The notes beneath the pieces were generated by a model. It made no database searches. It saw only the letters and a list, made by a program, of their open reading frames with translations, and was not told where the DNA came from. From assembly GCA_013239625.1 (NCBI GenBank), contig MU053379.1, forward strand, positions 1,966,866 through 2,030,865: a stretch of 64,000 bases of DNA, in the 5' to 3' direction. Position numbers and translations under genes: made by a program. Shown here piece by piece: positions 22,860 through 36,199 of this stretch (position 1 is its first letter; every line of letters starts with the position of its first letter). Origin of the DNA: Lama guanicoe (lineage: Eukaryota).

Positions 22860-25300
22860 CTTCCCAGCGTAGCCGTGATCTCGTAGCGCCTTGCTACGGG
22901 GCGTGGGGACTCTGGCTGTGAGAGTGGCTGCTGGCCTGGCCTCACGGACACTCCCTGTGGCTCTCCTGTGCCAGAGGCTCCCCCTTGTCTTTGTCCTCTT
23001 CTGCCGGGCCCGTCGTGGCTGGCCCAGGGACGGTGACAGTGTCCCGTGGAGAAGAGTGTGTGCCGGAGGCCGGGGTTGCCTCTGCAGGGCTGTGCGCCCG
23101 GCGACCCGGAGAGGAAGCGCCCTTGTCTTCCATCAGGACACGTGTCTGCATGTCCAGGGCAGTTTGTGTTTGGCTAAAGCTGCGGCCCCATGGGGTCCTG
23201 CACAACTTAAATAACAGTGGACCCTGCTGATCAGAAGCCCTGCTCTCCGCACACAGGATCCAGTCTACCTGCAGTAACTCTCAGGGATCGGCCATTGCTG
23301 GGCCCTCGTTTGGGGTACCAGTTGGAAAATTCCCACCTGCACCAGTTCAGCAACAATTCAGCCACTCCCTTTGGTGTTTGTTTCTTCCAGTGCAATCTTT
23401 CTAAAAGCTCTCTTGCCTCCTTACACCGTCGAGCACACGCTCCTCAGTCGTGTCTTCATACGCGGCAGAATTAACAGAGGATCAGCCCGGCCCGGCCGTG
23501 ATCACTGCAGGTTCTGTTTGCGCTCCTCCGGGTCGGCCGCCAGCTGCGCCCTCAGCCGCGAACAGCCCTCTGCCCCCCGCACCACCTGGTCACCCTCCTT
23601 TCTGCTTGCTTGGACGTGCGTGGACTCGGACACAGCTACCCGTCCTGCGTACGGTTAATACAGTGTGTTAAGGAGGAGTCGTGCGGCTCTGAGAAACTTT
23701 GCAAAAATAAGTGCCTGGCTGGGCTTCCCGGCCCCACAGCAAGGGCTGAGGAGTTCTCGCTCAGAGCGAGGATGTGGAGGCAGCGCGTCTTTTGGACGGT
23801 GGACTTGTTCACTGGCCTCCACGTGTTCCTTTTCCTCAGAGTGATAAAACCTCCAGCGCAGCTGACCAAAAGAAGAAATTCTCCCCTCTGAGTGAGTGGG
23901 GATGGGACAGGCAGTCCTCAATCTGTCTGGGAGGCAGGAGAGAAGAGGATGGCTTCTGAGCTCATGTCTGCCAAAGGAGCTGTTACCTGCCCTGCCCAGG
24001 TGCTGCGCCTGGAGAGGCTTTTTGCCAGCAATGCGGTCTGCAGACCCCAAACATCCTTGTCTGTGCTTTGGGGGTGTTTTACGTGGTACGACAGACAAGT
24101 TACGGCTTACCAGTTGTGAGTCTTCTCAGCTCCACCAGGTGTGGGATGTTTTCTCTCCATCTTCAAGTTCTGCCTTCCCCTGCGGGCTTTCGTCTACCTC
24201 CCTCTACCCCCAAAGTCTTTTAGAAGGAAATATAAAGCTGATTTTAAAAATTCTGAACTAGTGTTCCCCCTGGAGGGCTGTAACCTCCAGCAGCCAGAGC
24301 TCCCCCTCTCCGAAGGTTGCCTGGTGCAGGGAGAGGGGTGCACTTCATGGACAAACAGCTGCGCTGCCACCGCCTCCCCACTGCTCTCGCCTTTACCTCT
24401 GTGATCACCCAGAACAGGACCGCGGCGCTGCTGTGAGAGGCGGACCCATAGGAGGCTGCCGGCATCTGACCACTTTTACGCAAAAGTGCCCGTTTCCAGT
24501 GGCTTAAACTAGTGACTCCCAGGAAAAGACAGTCACCCTCGTGGTCGGGGCTGTTTAGGCAGCGTTGTAGGTAACGCTGCACCCCCCGTTTTATGGTGAA
24601 AACCTGGGCAACAAGCCTCGGGAGCACCTTGCAGACACACACCAAGGCGGGAAGGCCACACGGCCCCTCAGCTCCCGTCCCCCCGTTCAGGCGGCGCTGG
24701 TCCTTCTGAGTTTGGTTTGGTCCAGAACGAAACCCACGGTTATGCGGAAGACCAGAAGCTGGGACTTGAATCTACTGTGGCAAGTTAACCTGCTGCTGCC
24801 TTTACTTGACAGTGAGTTGAGGACCATCCTCACAGCACCGTGTCTGCTAAATAAACGATGGCCTGGGCGGCAGAGCGGGGGGACCACGCGTCACCGAGGC
24901 TCGTGAAGACGCCGCCGCGGGAGCGCAGCCGTGCCGTCACCCTGTCTTTATTTCCAGCTGACCTGTAAAAGGCGTCACCAGCATGGCTGAGTACGAGTTC
25001 ACGGTCTGATTTGAAGTTGCTGGGAGACTCCTCACCATCAGCCTCTCATTTTCAGCCCAGAGCTGCAGCAGCTCGAGGAAGGAGCCTGGTCCTGGGATTA
25101 CACAGACGGAGGGGCGAAGGCACCGCGGCTGGCGCGGGAAGGCGGTCCGCGGGGTGCCCTGGCATCTGAGGCTGAGGGAGGCGCTCTGCTGGGTCTCCAT
25201 CGCCCCTCCCCACCCTGCCCTGCCGGGCCCTTTGCTCTCAGCTTCAGTCAGGCTCTGGCTGGGGTCAAGCCCCTCCTCCGATCGGGGTCCTGGAGCTCTC
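22860..25300. promoter_or_regulatory. CpG-rich, largely repeat-free region (possible CpG island or regulatory element)
   Basis: Dense CpG by eye, especially 23430-23800 and 24860-25200; CpG observed/expected not computed. Confidence 0.35.
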
Positions 25301-25479
25301 CTCTCTCGAGCATGGGTTTTATAGAGACCTAGCAAACACCATCGGGGCTTTCTGGGCTCGCCAAAGGGAGGAAGGAGGATTAAAGTGGAGGAGACAGAAC
25401 GTCTAAAGAAGGGCGGGCCTCCCTCAGCTCCCGACCCAGGAGGTACCGTCTCCCAGCAGACCAGGGACCTGATGCCACA

Positions 25480-25600
25480 GGAAAGAAACTAGAGGAGGGA
25501 GGGAAACTGAGAGAGAGGGACGGACCGAGGGAGGGATGGAGGAAGAGGACACGGAGGGAAAGGAAGAGGGAAGGCAGGAGAGGGAGGGGGAGGCAAAGGC
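25480..25600 (+). repeat. Purine-rich (GA) low-complexity tract
   Basis: ggaaagaaactagaggagggagggaaa...gggagggggaggcaaagg. Confidence 0.8.
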
Positions 25601-25762
25601 CATCCTCCCAGTTGATTTGTGTGGAAATTAAACACAGAACCTGGGCTGTAGGATTTCTGCAGCCTTCAGGGAGAGTGTTAATGGGGAAAGTAGTGCAGAA
25701 AAACACAGCTGATCCGTGTTAGGCAGCCCTGCTCCCTTGAGATGCCCCTGCTCCAGCCTCTG

Positions 25763-25862
25763 AACACACACACACACGTGCACATGTGCACAGACGTATA
25801 CGCATACTCCCCTGCACACAGGCACACACGCACACATGTGCGCGCACACAGGCATGATCACA
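25763..25862. repeat. Degenerate (CA)n tract
   Basis: acacacacacacacgtgcacatgtgcac...cacacgcacacatgtgcgcgcacac. Confidence 0.8.
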
Positions 25863-26129
25863 CCCTCCCTGCCCCATCCCTCCTGCTTTGAATCTCGCCT
25901 CTGCCATTGTCTCTGACCCTGATCCAGTGGTGGGGTCTCCTCAAGGTCCTCTGCCTGCCGGTCAGGGACCTCTCCTGGGGGCCAAGGAACACAGCAGGCT
26001 TTGGGGTCAGGGTGGAGCAGCCTTCATACATCCATGAAGGTTTTAACCGGCTGGTTGGCCCGCACAAAGCGGGCGTTGATGTGAGTCTGGCGAAGCCTTA
26101 GTTAGTTCACCTGGCTTCAGCCCTCATAG

Positions 26130-26430
26130 GACATCCCAAGGTCACCGCGGGAGCTTCTAAGAAGGGATGACATGTGCAGGGACTTTATTAGGGAAATGCC
26201 TGTAAGGAGGGCGAGGGCAGCGAGCTGGGGAGGCTGGGTTGTGAAGGGCCCCCACCAGAGTGAAGGAGGTCGGGGAGGAAAGTTGAGGAGGGGTGTCCTC
26301 CAGGACAACTGCAGCCTGGGGCAGGTTCCCTGGGGCCATCGGGGAATCACTGAGCCAAAGCCGCCCCCAAGGGCATCCCACGTCTCCCAGGGACGGGCTT
26401 GCCTTGGTATCCCTGCCGCTGTGGCCGTGG
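26130..26430 (-). mobile_element. LTR16-family (ERVL) LTR remnant
   Basis: gtgcagggactttattagggaaatgcctgt...gtgaaggag...gagccaaag...gccttggtatccctgcc. Confidence 0.55.
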
Positions 26431-29400
26431 ATCCTGCCACCCCATGGTCCTTGGGCAGAGTGGGTCAGGAGCCACTGGCCAGTGTGCAGCCCCAGAGCAA
26501 ACAGAAAGAAATCCACTGAAGCTGAGCCCTGAGGCAGAAGCAGTGACCCACTGCCTTTTGTACTGATTTGAAACAGAAAATCAACACCAATCCACTCCAG
26601 AAAAAGGTTCACTTTAAAAAAAAAAAGAGCAATTTACTCAATCTCTTGCCAACAAAGTGTTTCTTGCATCTGCATTTAGGGGGTTCTCTGCACAGCCGGC
26701 TGGGCAACCGGCAGGACCCCTGTTACCAGCTCTGAGAAACGCCAGGGTTGTGAGCTGAGCTGGGGGGTGCTGGGTGTGGAGCTGAAGAGCGCTTTCTGGA
26801 TGGTGAGGGGAGCTTTAAATGTGGCACAGGGTTATCGAATCATCTTGTTTTAGGGCCTCTAGAAATCAGGTTTGAATCCGGTTGGTTTCAGATCAGTTGA
26901 CTCTGACTAAAGGGAGAGATTTTGCCATCCTGACTTCCCAGATTACCTAAATGCCCTCCGGGCTTTGGGCTGAGGTCAGCAAAAGGTATTGGTGGGGTGA
27001 CAGGAGGTAGAGGGGATCACATGGAGGCCACGGATATGCTGGGAACGTCCACGTAAATGCAGCACTTAGCAAACGCCAACCCCCAAAACAGATAGCGTGG
27101 GAAAGTCGTAGTCACCCGACGTCATTTTACAAAATCAAACAGGTTTATGTGAATCTTAATGATCATCCTAACAACAGTGGGAAATTTCAGAGTTAAAAAA
27201 AAAAAAAGCACTCCGTCAGTCACAGAAGACAGGATAGTGCCTGAATATTTTCAGTCTTCGGTTGCTCTGTTCCTGGGGCCACCTTTGAGTTAGTCCATCC
27301 GGCTTTCCCTAATGCCCACAATAATTCAGGTTGAGACGGATGACCCCCTGGAGAATTCCGAGCTTGAGTTAGATTCCACCAGTCCACACACGTGTCAAGC
27401 CCTGAGACGTGCGTAAGTGGAGGGGAAAGCAGCAAAAGTGAACGAAGGTCTTGGGTCAGGAACGGGGTCTCCTGGGTAAAGAGCGTGTAATGTCAGCGCT
27501 GTAGAGACCCGCTCAGCTGTGCTGCCTCTGCTAATCGTGGGGATGATTCGCCAGCTCTTAGCAGCCAGATGCATTATTTAGCACATGTTCACCCAAGCAT
27601 CTTGCAACACTGATTTAGTGCTGTAGGTTGCGAGGAGTATAAATCCCTGCAAATGGTTCGAGCTTTCGATGAACTTTCTTTGAAGGGTGGTGGCTGTAAT
27701 CCTCTATGTCTTAAATAACTTCAGTGTATAGTTCCGTTCTTCTGGTTCTTCCGATTAAGATGTAGATGTTTTATCCAACGCAAGTAGCAGTCTCGGGACT
27801 CCACTCAGGGTTTAATGGAATATGGGCTTTCTCCCCCGTGTGTCATCTGGAGAGATTTTAAGTTATGTGGGAGGCATTAGGGCCCCAAATTTTATTAGTG
27901 ATTGATGATACTTGACCAAATCCTTATATGGAAAACATTTATACACTGACTTGGGGAGTTGAAACTGGGTCAAATCCCAGAGAGCTCTTACACAGACTAA
28001 TGAGGGTTCAGAATCCTCAGAAGTCATGCTTCTGTGGTGGTTTTAATGAATGCCCCACAGGGGGAAATGCACCAAGGCTTTTCCTTGGAAATCAGACAGC
28101 AACTCAAGTTAGGTCACTTCAGGTAACTTTTCTCCAATATGCAGAGTATTAAACTTGTATCTGCGTGTCTTTGATTCCTTTGATTCTTTCTTCAATCACA
28201 ACCATTGGTTTTCCTCTTTGAAAAGCAAGATGAAGATGAAGCTGCTCGTACCTTTCAGCTGCTTTGTGGGAGGTGGGCTTGGAGTTTAGGGAGAGTGGCT
28301 CAGTGGAGACTTCCATCTTGTTGTAAAATACAAGGTGTGAATAGAAAGTCTGAGGTCTGATAAAACCAACAGGGCGGGAGACGACTGCCTTTAAAAACAG
28401 TTTGTTCCTCATGGGTCCTCTGGGCCACGTGGGGAAGTACCAGGGTGGGTCAGGAGTCAGAGGGTAAGGGAGGGTCTTGGACAAAGCCTTTATGATGGTC
28501 CCATGGGACGGAACGGAAGAGACAGAGTGAGCAGGCTCAGGATTGGCCCGTTTGGTTAGTTTCAGCAGGCTCTGGGGTGTGGGATCTGTGCCTGGTTGTC
28601 TGGTGCCTGGCCCTGGGTTCCAGATTAGGGCTGGTGGATAGTGGCCGAGAGGGTGAGAGCCCGATAAAAGAGGGGTTCGGGGGACGGTCTCTGCTGATCA
28701 GTTTGCATTTGAAAAACGCACCCATTACTCACTAGTTATTACTCCTGTGTTTACTCTAGATATTGACGGACCTGGAGAGAGACACTCCCTCCTGGGCCAG
28801 CAGGACCCCAGATGTCAGAGCGTTAGAATTCAGAAAGTAAAAGACCTGACGTAGGCACATCTCCGAGCAGAAATCCAGTGCTTTATCAGACAGGACGAGG
28901 AAGGATTTAAAGCCACGTTTATGCTCATAGAAGCCCCATACAAGGGAAATCACCATGGGCGTTAAAACCAAGAAGCCACAGAACTTGATTCTCCCATGGA
29001 AGTCGGCAAGCCTGGCGGTCATCAGCCCCCACTGGTCACTTGGCCGAGAGGCTCTCGCTGGCTTTATAGAGAGATGCGGGCAGCTCAGCAGGCTGGGGAG
29101 AGAAGAGGCACTGGTGCACGGGGTGCAGGAGAACAGATTCGAAAACACTTTCCAGGTGGCCTCAGCCCAAGAAAGTTTATGCTGCAGGAATAACATTTCA
29201 ATGGCGGGATGAGACGGAGAGTGTTGTAGATCTCCAGCCTGTGCGGTTAACGCTGGGGGTGAATGACCTTTCTCGGGAGGGCTTGCCATTTACTGAGAAG
29301 GAGGGGCAGGCGGCTGTCCATGGTCCTGCCACGGAGCTCCGTGCCCACCGTGCTCCCTCTCCCTGCACGCCTCTGACCGGCCGCACAGCCGCCTCTTGGT

Positions 29401-32400
29401 GGCGATTTGTTCTTGGCTAATTACAGGGTGAAGGAATTTACAGCTGGGAACACTCCTTTTTCCTCTGTCCTTAGAAAAAAGTGGAGCTCATCTCATGCTT
29501 AATTAGAGAGTTGCGTATGCAGGGACCTGAAAACACTGCACACCTGAAGGGAAGGAACCCCTCCCATCTTGCCGACAGTGTACGGGGATCCCGTTTCTTG
29601 TTCTCGAAGCTGCAGTCGGTGCCTGTCCAATGCGTGGCGGTCAGTAGGCACTTATCAGTACTGGGGGATGATTTCCCTGTGGAAGTGATGGTTTTCTGGG
29701 GAGATCAGAAGCAGATGGGCCATGCCAGTGGGGGAGGGGAGAGAGGAGAGGAGATACTCAGAAGGAAGGACTCAGAAGTCAGAAGAAAGAGCAGGAAGGG
29801 TCAGGGCCAGTGGTGCCCCGCGAATCCCAGGAGATGGTGGGTGGGAAAGGCCCTGGGCCCCCCTTTCCTGAGGGCTGAGGGTTTATCTCAGCACGTTTCT
29901 CAGAATGTCCGAGACGGTGATGGACAGCGGGACCTGGCTCTGCGTTCTCTGTAGCAAACTGATGTGAAGGGAGATGGTCCTCGAAGGGCTGACTGGTGCA
30001 GGTGAGCCCTTGTGCTTTGTGTGGTGTGTCCACTTCCCCGTCTCCTCCTCCTCTGCCTGCCTTCTGCTCAGTTTAGGCCCAGCCATTGGCTGTGCCTGCC
30101 TCTCACGGCATGATTCCGGAAAACTCCCCACTACCTTTCACTACATGATGGTGAAGGCACGTTAAGGAGGCCAGGCTCTGGCCTCAGAGACCCAAACACT
30201 CTCCTCGCTTCCAGGTCGAACCCAGTGGCCCTGTGTTTTCCAGTCATGAAATGCTCATTAGAAAAGGAAGTGGGTTGAGCTTGGCCGGTCCCCAGCATCC
30301 AGGCATCAGACACTCAGCCATGAAAGGAAAGTGTTGACCTGTGAGCATTCAAAGGCGTCTGACAGAGGCGGAATGAAGTGGCTTCTCACCACTTTCGGGA
30401 GGCTAAACTGAACCTTGAAAAGGAGGCCTTCATTTCAGGGAGGCCTGGTTTGTACAGTGACTGTTTCTGAGTGATACAGAAAGATGGTCTGGAAGACCTT
30501 TAATGTGGTGCCTCTTGGCCCATTATCTGGAGGGTGGCAGGTGGTATAGACAGCAGTCGGTCCCCTGGCCTCTGCACCCTACAGAGTGATTTGCAGCCCT
30601 CATCTGTGGTCACCAAAGCCCTTTGATCACGCCCAGAGCACAGCCAGGATGAAGCCGTCCATTGGTTGTGGCTTTCTGGAATTCTAAGCAGCTTCCTTGA
30701 AAATAGGCTTCTTGCCTCTTAGTTGGGCCCCCTCCCCGCTGTGCAGACGTTCCCTCTGCTGCTGCTTGCGTCTCCACCACGGCGCCGGCCGGCCTGGGGC
30801 CCCTTAGCACATGTGGCTTCTGCCGTGTCTGTGACCCTGTCGTTGCATTGATGTCACTGGGTAGCCATCCCAGGTCTGAAGGTCGTGTTCCTCATCCCAA
30901 GCAATGTTCTTGTACTTTTTGCAGAAACATGGTACCGACTCTTTATCTTGTATTTTTCCTTGGTTTTATTTACATTTTCCTCCCATGGAAAACAAACACT
31001 TGAACAAAGTCATGGATTGGAAGAACAGCGTGGCCTTCTCCAAACCTGGTAGATTTGGCTGGATTTCTCTGACTCAGAGATGACCTTGTGAATCATCTGT
31101 GAACACGTGGTATCTCGTGTCGTTTGTGTAACTGGGTACACATTTTATGGGCATCTGTAAGGGGCTCCTTAGGACCCCACAAAAATATGGCCACTAGTAA
31201 TAGCCTGAATTCACCAGAACCAAACCCAAACTGGTTTCCTCCTAAGGACATCGAGGTCTTTTGCATTCGTCTCTTTCATTTGTTTGTAAGTGATGTCTAC
31301 ATAGAGTCAGGACGGCTGATGCACTTGACCTGTCCAGTGGGCACATTCACAGGCCTCTGCATGAATAAGGTGGTAGTAAGTAGATTGCTGCACTGGTCAG
31401 AACGTCCGAGTTGGCAAAGGACACAGTCTTTCCCTGTAGACTCCTGGAGGCATCAGAAAGGGAGAGAGAAGGTGACACACCAGTGGTTCTTTGTTTAGAC
31501 AGCTTTGGGTGGTGGGGGGAGGTGGGGTGACGTTGGTGGCTGGGTTTCTGATTGGAAGTAGGAATTTTACTCTGACATAAGAGGAGGTACCTGTTCCTTT
31601 AGATTTATTATGTTTCCCTCTTTCAACTGTGCGGAAAAGGATCAGACTTAACCTTGACAGTTTTCTTTGCTGAAGTATGTTGTTCTGAGAATCCTCGGGC
31701 ATTGGAATCAAACATCACTCTAGAATTCGTATTTTCTTCCCATCTGGGTAAATTTAACTTATTTCAAAGCTCAGAGGTACCAGATGTGAATTTAAGAGCA
31801 AAACCTACCCCGTGCTGTCACTTGATGGTCCTAGTCTCTTCTGATCATCCATCCTCCCACCATCCCTGCCGAATGCCTGTCTGTCAGTTTGGTGCTGAGT
31901 GGCCCTGAGAGATGAAGGCCTTTGTCTGTCGTCTAGGAAGGAGCTGGTGATGCAGTGGGTGGGGGAGAGAAAAGGGGATACGTGTCCAGAGAGCTGTTAC
32001 GTCTGGTTGTGGTAAGTGCCTTCCATGTCACGTGCTACAGAGCTGTGGCAAATTGGTGCCTCCCCCCATGGTGTCCCCTAGCGAGAGGCAAACTGTGCTT
32101 GGCTGCACTCACTTGGCTTCCAAACTGTGAGGTCAGAGAGAGATGGTGGCCACGACCACCATCCCATACTATAACCAGAAGAGATTTATTTACTTGGAAA
32201 CATCTAGAAATGGTTCCTGGAGGGGAGGCTGGCTGAGTTACTCTTTATAGGATGAGTGCAATTTCAGCAAGTCCAGGTTCAAGAGACCATGTCAGAAGGG
32301 AGGACGGAGGCCATGGTGATGGTGTCGTGGAAGGAGGAGGAAGGGAAGGTGACATCTGAGGCTCGGGGAGGGCGCCGGGGCAGGCCCAGCACGGGGGCAG

Positions 32401-33034
32401 CGGCAGGTGGGCTGTGGTGGGCCTGGACTCGGGCAGGACGTACTCCGAAGAGGCCGCCAGGCCGTGTCGGGTGGGCGCAGCAGAAGCAAAGCTCTCTGCA
32501 TGGGAAGCAGGCAGATTTGGAGACTCTCGTCCCTGGGATTTCACACTGCACAGCACAGGTTCCAGACAAGAGTGGAAATGAGGCCGGGCCAGGTCTCACT
32601 GGTGCCTCGCCGGGCTCGGGACAGCTGACCTCCTCACGGGCTGTCCCTTCCTCACACCTGGGAGCCCGTTCCTAACCCCATCTCTGATGCGGACAAACTC
32701 TGCGGCCTTGACTAAGTTATCTTATCTTCCTGAGCCTCTGGCTCATCCCCACCTGGGGGCCAGAAGTAGTGGCAGCCGGTACCTCATTGCCAAGTGCAGG
32801 ACCCGCACAGCCCGCTCTGGACACACTGCCCTGGTCTCCAGGAGGGGACTCTGTGCGTGAGAGCCGAGGAGCGAAGGTCGGGTAGGACTGAGGTAGGGTG
32901 GACTCGCTGCTCTCACAGCCTCTTCTCTTCCGACCAGGTCATACTGCTTGGAGCCCCAGGAGAGAGAAATGCATTTACAAACTGAAAGTAATACGGATGT
33001 GTGCATGTATAGGTTTGATGTTTATTTAAGCTAC

Positions 33035-35590
33035 CTAAGCTGACAGACGACATTTTAGAGCGGCTTTAGGTTTACAGAAAACGAGTGAGAAGTGCCCCTG
33101 TAGTCCGCCCCCACCTCCTGTTTCCCATTATTAACACCTCGCGTTGGTGGGTGCATTTGTCACAGCTGATGAACAAACAGTGATACGTTATTATTAACCG
33201 AACTTCATAGTCTACGTTAGTGGCCGCTCTCGTGTGGTCCAGTTCTGTGGGACTTGCCAGATGTGTTCACGTGTCCATCACTACAGGTCCTACAGAAAAT
33301 CCTCTGAGCTCTGCCTGTTTATCCCTCCCTCCCCCAACACCTGGAAACCACTGATCTTTTTACTGGCCCCCTAGTTTTACCTCTTCCAGAATGTCATACA
33401 GTTGGCTTCATGCAGTCTTCTCAGACTGGCTTCTTTCACTCAGTGATACGCATTTATGTTTCCACTATGTCTTTTCATGGCTTGGTGGCTTATTTCACTG
33501 TCTGGATGGACCACAGGTTGTTTATCCACTCCTCTATTGAAAGACATCTTGGTTGCTTCCAAGTTTCGGCATTAAGGATAAAAGCTGCTGTAAATATTCG
33601 TGTACAGGTATTTGTGTGGATCTAAGCTTTCAGCTCACTTAGGTAAGTACCACAGAGTGAAATTGCTGGATTGTATGGTAAAAATGATGTTCAGTTTTGT
33701 AAGAAACCACCCAACCGCCTTCCAGATTAACTGTACTATTTTGCATTCCTGCAGCAGTGAATGCGAGTTCCTGTTGCTCCACATCCTCACCAGCATTTGG
33801 TGTTGTCAGTGTTTTGGATTCAAGCCATTCTAGTAAATGTGGAGTGGTATCTTGTTTTAATTTTCAGTTCCTAATGACTTATGATGTCAAGCATCTTTTC
33901 ATATGCTTGTATGCCATTTGTATGTCTTCTTTGATGAGGTGTCTATTCAGGACTTTTGCCCATTTTTTAATGGGGTTGTTCATTTTCTTATTGTTATGCT
34001 TTTAGAGTTCTTTATATATTTGGCATTCACAGTCCTTTATCAGATGTGTCTTTTGCAAAAATTTTCTCCCAGTCTGTGGCTGTCTTCTCATTCTCTTGAT
34101 GGTGTCTTTTGCCAGGCAGAAGTTTTCATTTTAATGAAGTCTAGCTTATCAATTATTTCTTTCATAGGTCATGCCTCTGGTGTTGTATCTAAAAAGTCAC
34201 CACCAAACCCACGGTCACCTAGATTTTCTCATATGTTATGTTATCTTCTAGAGATGTCCTAGTTTTGCATGTTACATATAGGTCTATTATCCATTTAGAG
34301 TTAATTTTTTGGGAAGTCGCAATGTCAGTGCCTATATTTATTTTTTGTGGGATGTCTAATCCCAGCACCATTTGTTGAAAAGATTATCTTTTCTCCATGT
34401 GTTGCTTTTGTTTACCTTGTCAAAGATCAGTTAACTACATATTTGTGTGGGTCTGTTTCTGAGTTCTCTGTTCTGTTGCATTTACCTATGTGCTTGTTTT
34501 CCCATCAATCACACTTCCTTGATAACTATAGCTTTATAGTCAGTGTTGAAGTCAGGTAGTATATCAGTCCTCTTCTTTCTTCTTTTGTGTCGGCTTTTCT
34601 GTGTCTTTTGCTTCTCCATGTAAGCTTTGAAATCACCTTGTTGATATCCACGAGATTATTTTGTGGGATTTTTTTATTGGGATAGCATTGAATATATAGA
34701 TCAAGTTAGGAAGAACTAACATCATAACAATAGTGAGTCTGTCTTCCTATCCATGAACATGGGCTATCTTTCCACTTACTTAGCTTGGATTTCTTTCATC
34801 AGAGTTTTCTAGTTTTCCTCTTATAGACATATATTTGCACATATTTTATTAGATTTACACTTCTGTATTTCTCTTTTCTTTTTGATGCTGAATGGTACTG
34901 CATTTTCAGTTTCAAATTTCAATTGTTCATTGCTGGTATATAGGAGAACAATTGATTTTTGTATATTAACTTCGTATCCTGCGACCTCGCTGTATAGGCA
35001 ACCCTTGGGGATGTTGTGGGTTCAGTTCCAGACTACCATAATAAAGCAAATTTTGAAAAAAAAAGCAAGTCTATGAATTTTTTTGGTTTCCCAGCACATA
35101 TAAAAGTTATGTTTACACTATATTATAGTCTTTTAAATGTGCAATAGCATTCTGTTTAAAAGAAAATGTACACACCTTAGTTTAAAAAAATAATGCCATT
35201 AGGAAAATGGTGTTGATAGACTTGATTGATGCAGGGTTGCCACAGAAACCTTCAATTTGAAAAAAATTCAGTATCTACAAAGCTAAATAAAGCAAAGTAT
35301 GATAAAATGAGGTATGCCTGTAATCACTTCTTAGTTCCTGGAATTTTTTGTTAGTTCTTTGGGATTTCCTACATAGATAATTATCTAATCTGTGAGAAGA
35401 AAATACAGTTTTATTTCTTCCTTCCCAATATGTATGCCTTTTAGTTATTTTTCTTGTCTTGTTTGGACTTGTTTGAAAGCTTGGACTTTCAGCATGATGT
35501 TGAATAGAAATGGTGAGGGGGACATCCTTGCCTTGTTCCTGATCTTAAGAAGGAAAGCATCTGGTTACTCATCATTACTTTTATCGTTAA
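33035..35590 (-). mobile_element. L1MC/L1MD-type LINE-1, about 2.2 kb from 3'UTR to RT region, interrupted by a Tigger1 derivative
   Basis: ttttagagcggctttaggtttacagaaaa 3' end, then continuous antisense ORF2. ORF 35489..35692(-) contains SFLRSGTRQGCP. Confidence 0.92.
34995..35320 (-). mobile_element. Tigger1 internal-deletion derivative (TcMar-Tigger), 326 bp, TA TSD
   Basis: Ends (t)aggcaacc... and ...gaggtatgcctg are flanked by TA (34993-34994, 35321-35322). Both Tigger1 terminal regions are present (ggttcagttccagactacc; gcagggttgccacagaaaccttcaatttg). The host L1 rejoins across the TA. Confidence 0.88.
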
Positions 35591-36199
35591 GTCCTTCCTG
35601 TGACGTGGAGTTGTAAAGGCTCCACTCATATTCCCTTGGCTCTCACTCCTCCTTGTCTCAGGGCTTTCTCTGGCTACAGATTCCAGGGTCAAGGATTCAA
35701 GGGCAAGTCATTTGCTTGGCAGTGCGGTTCAAAGAGTAGGAAACTGTGGGTTATAATCTCCCTGACGACGCATCCATCTTGATGGCCTTCCCTTCCTCAT
35801 CTCACTTTCCCACTCCCTGAACCACACTGCCAAACAGACGTCTTGTTCCTGAGTCCTGTGGGCGACTGGCTGCAGCTCAGCCCTTGTTGGGACGTGGAGG
35901 CAGTGGAGAGCCCACCCAGGGTGTTCACCCACAGCTCCTGTAGGCTGTTGGCTGGGAGGGGCTCCAAGGGACCCAGAGCCCTTGGGCTGTCTGGCCGAGG
36001 ACAGTGTTGGCTCTGACCAGAAGAAGCCCTCGAGCAGAGAGGTGCAGGTGTCAGCAGGCGAAGTTGGGAGGTGTGGGCTGCATTGGGCAAGGTGAGGGGA
36101 TGTGGGCAGCCCACCAACAGCAGCTGCTAAAACCTCACAAAAACTTTCCTTTTCTAAGGCTTAGCTTATTTAATAAGTGTGTAAAAGGGGAGAAAACGA

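Noticed and set aside
24940..25010. Start exon ...tttccag|...cagcATGGCTGAGTACGAGTTCACG
   Set aside because: Good acceptor and Kozak context, but no credible donor before the in-frame stop.
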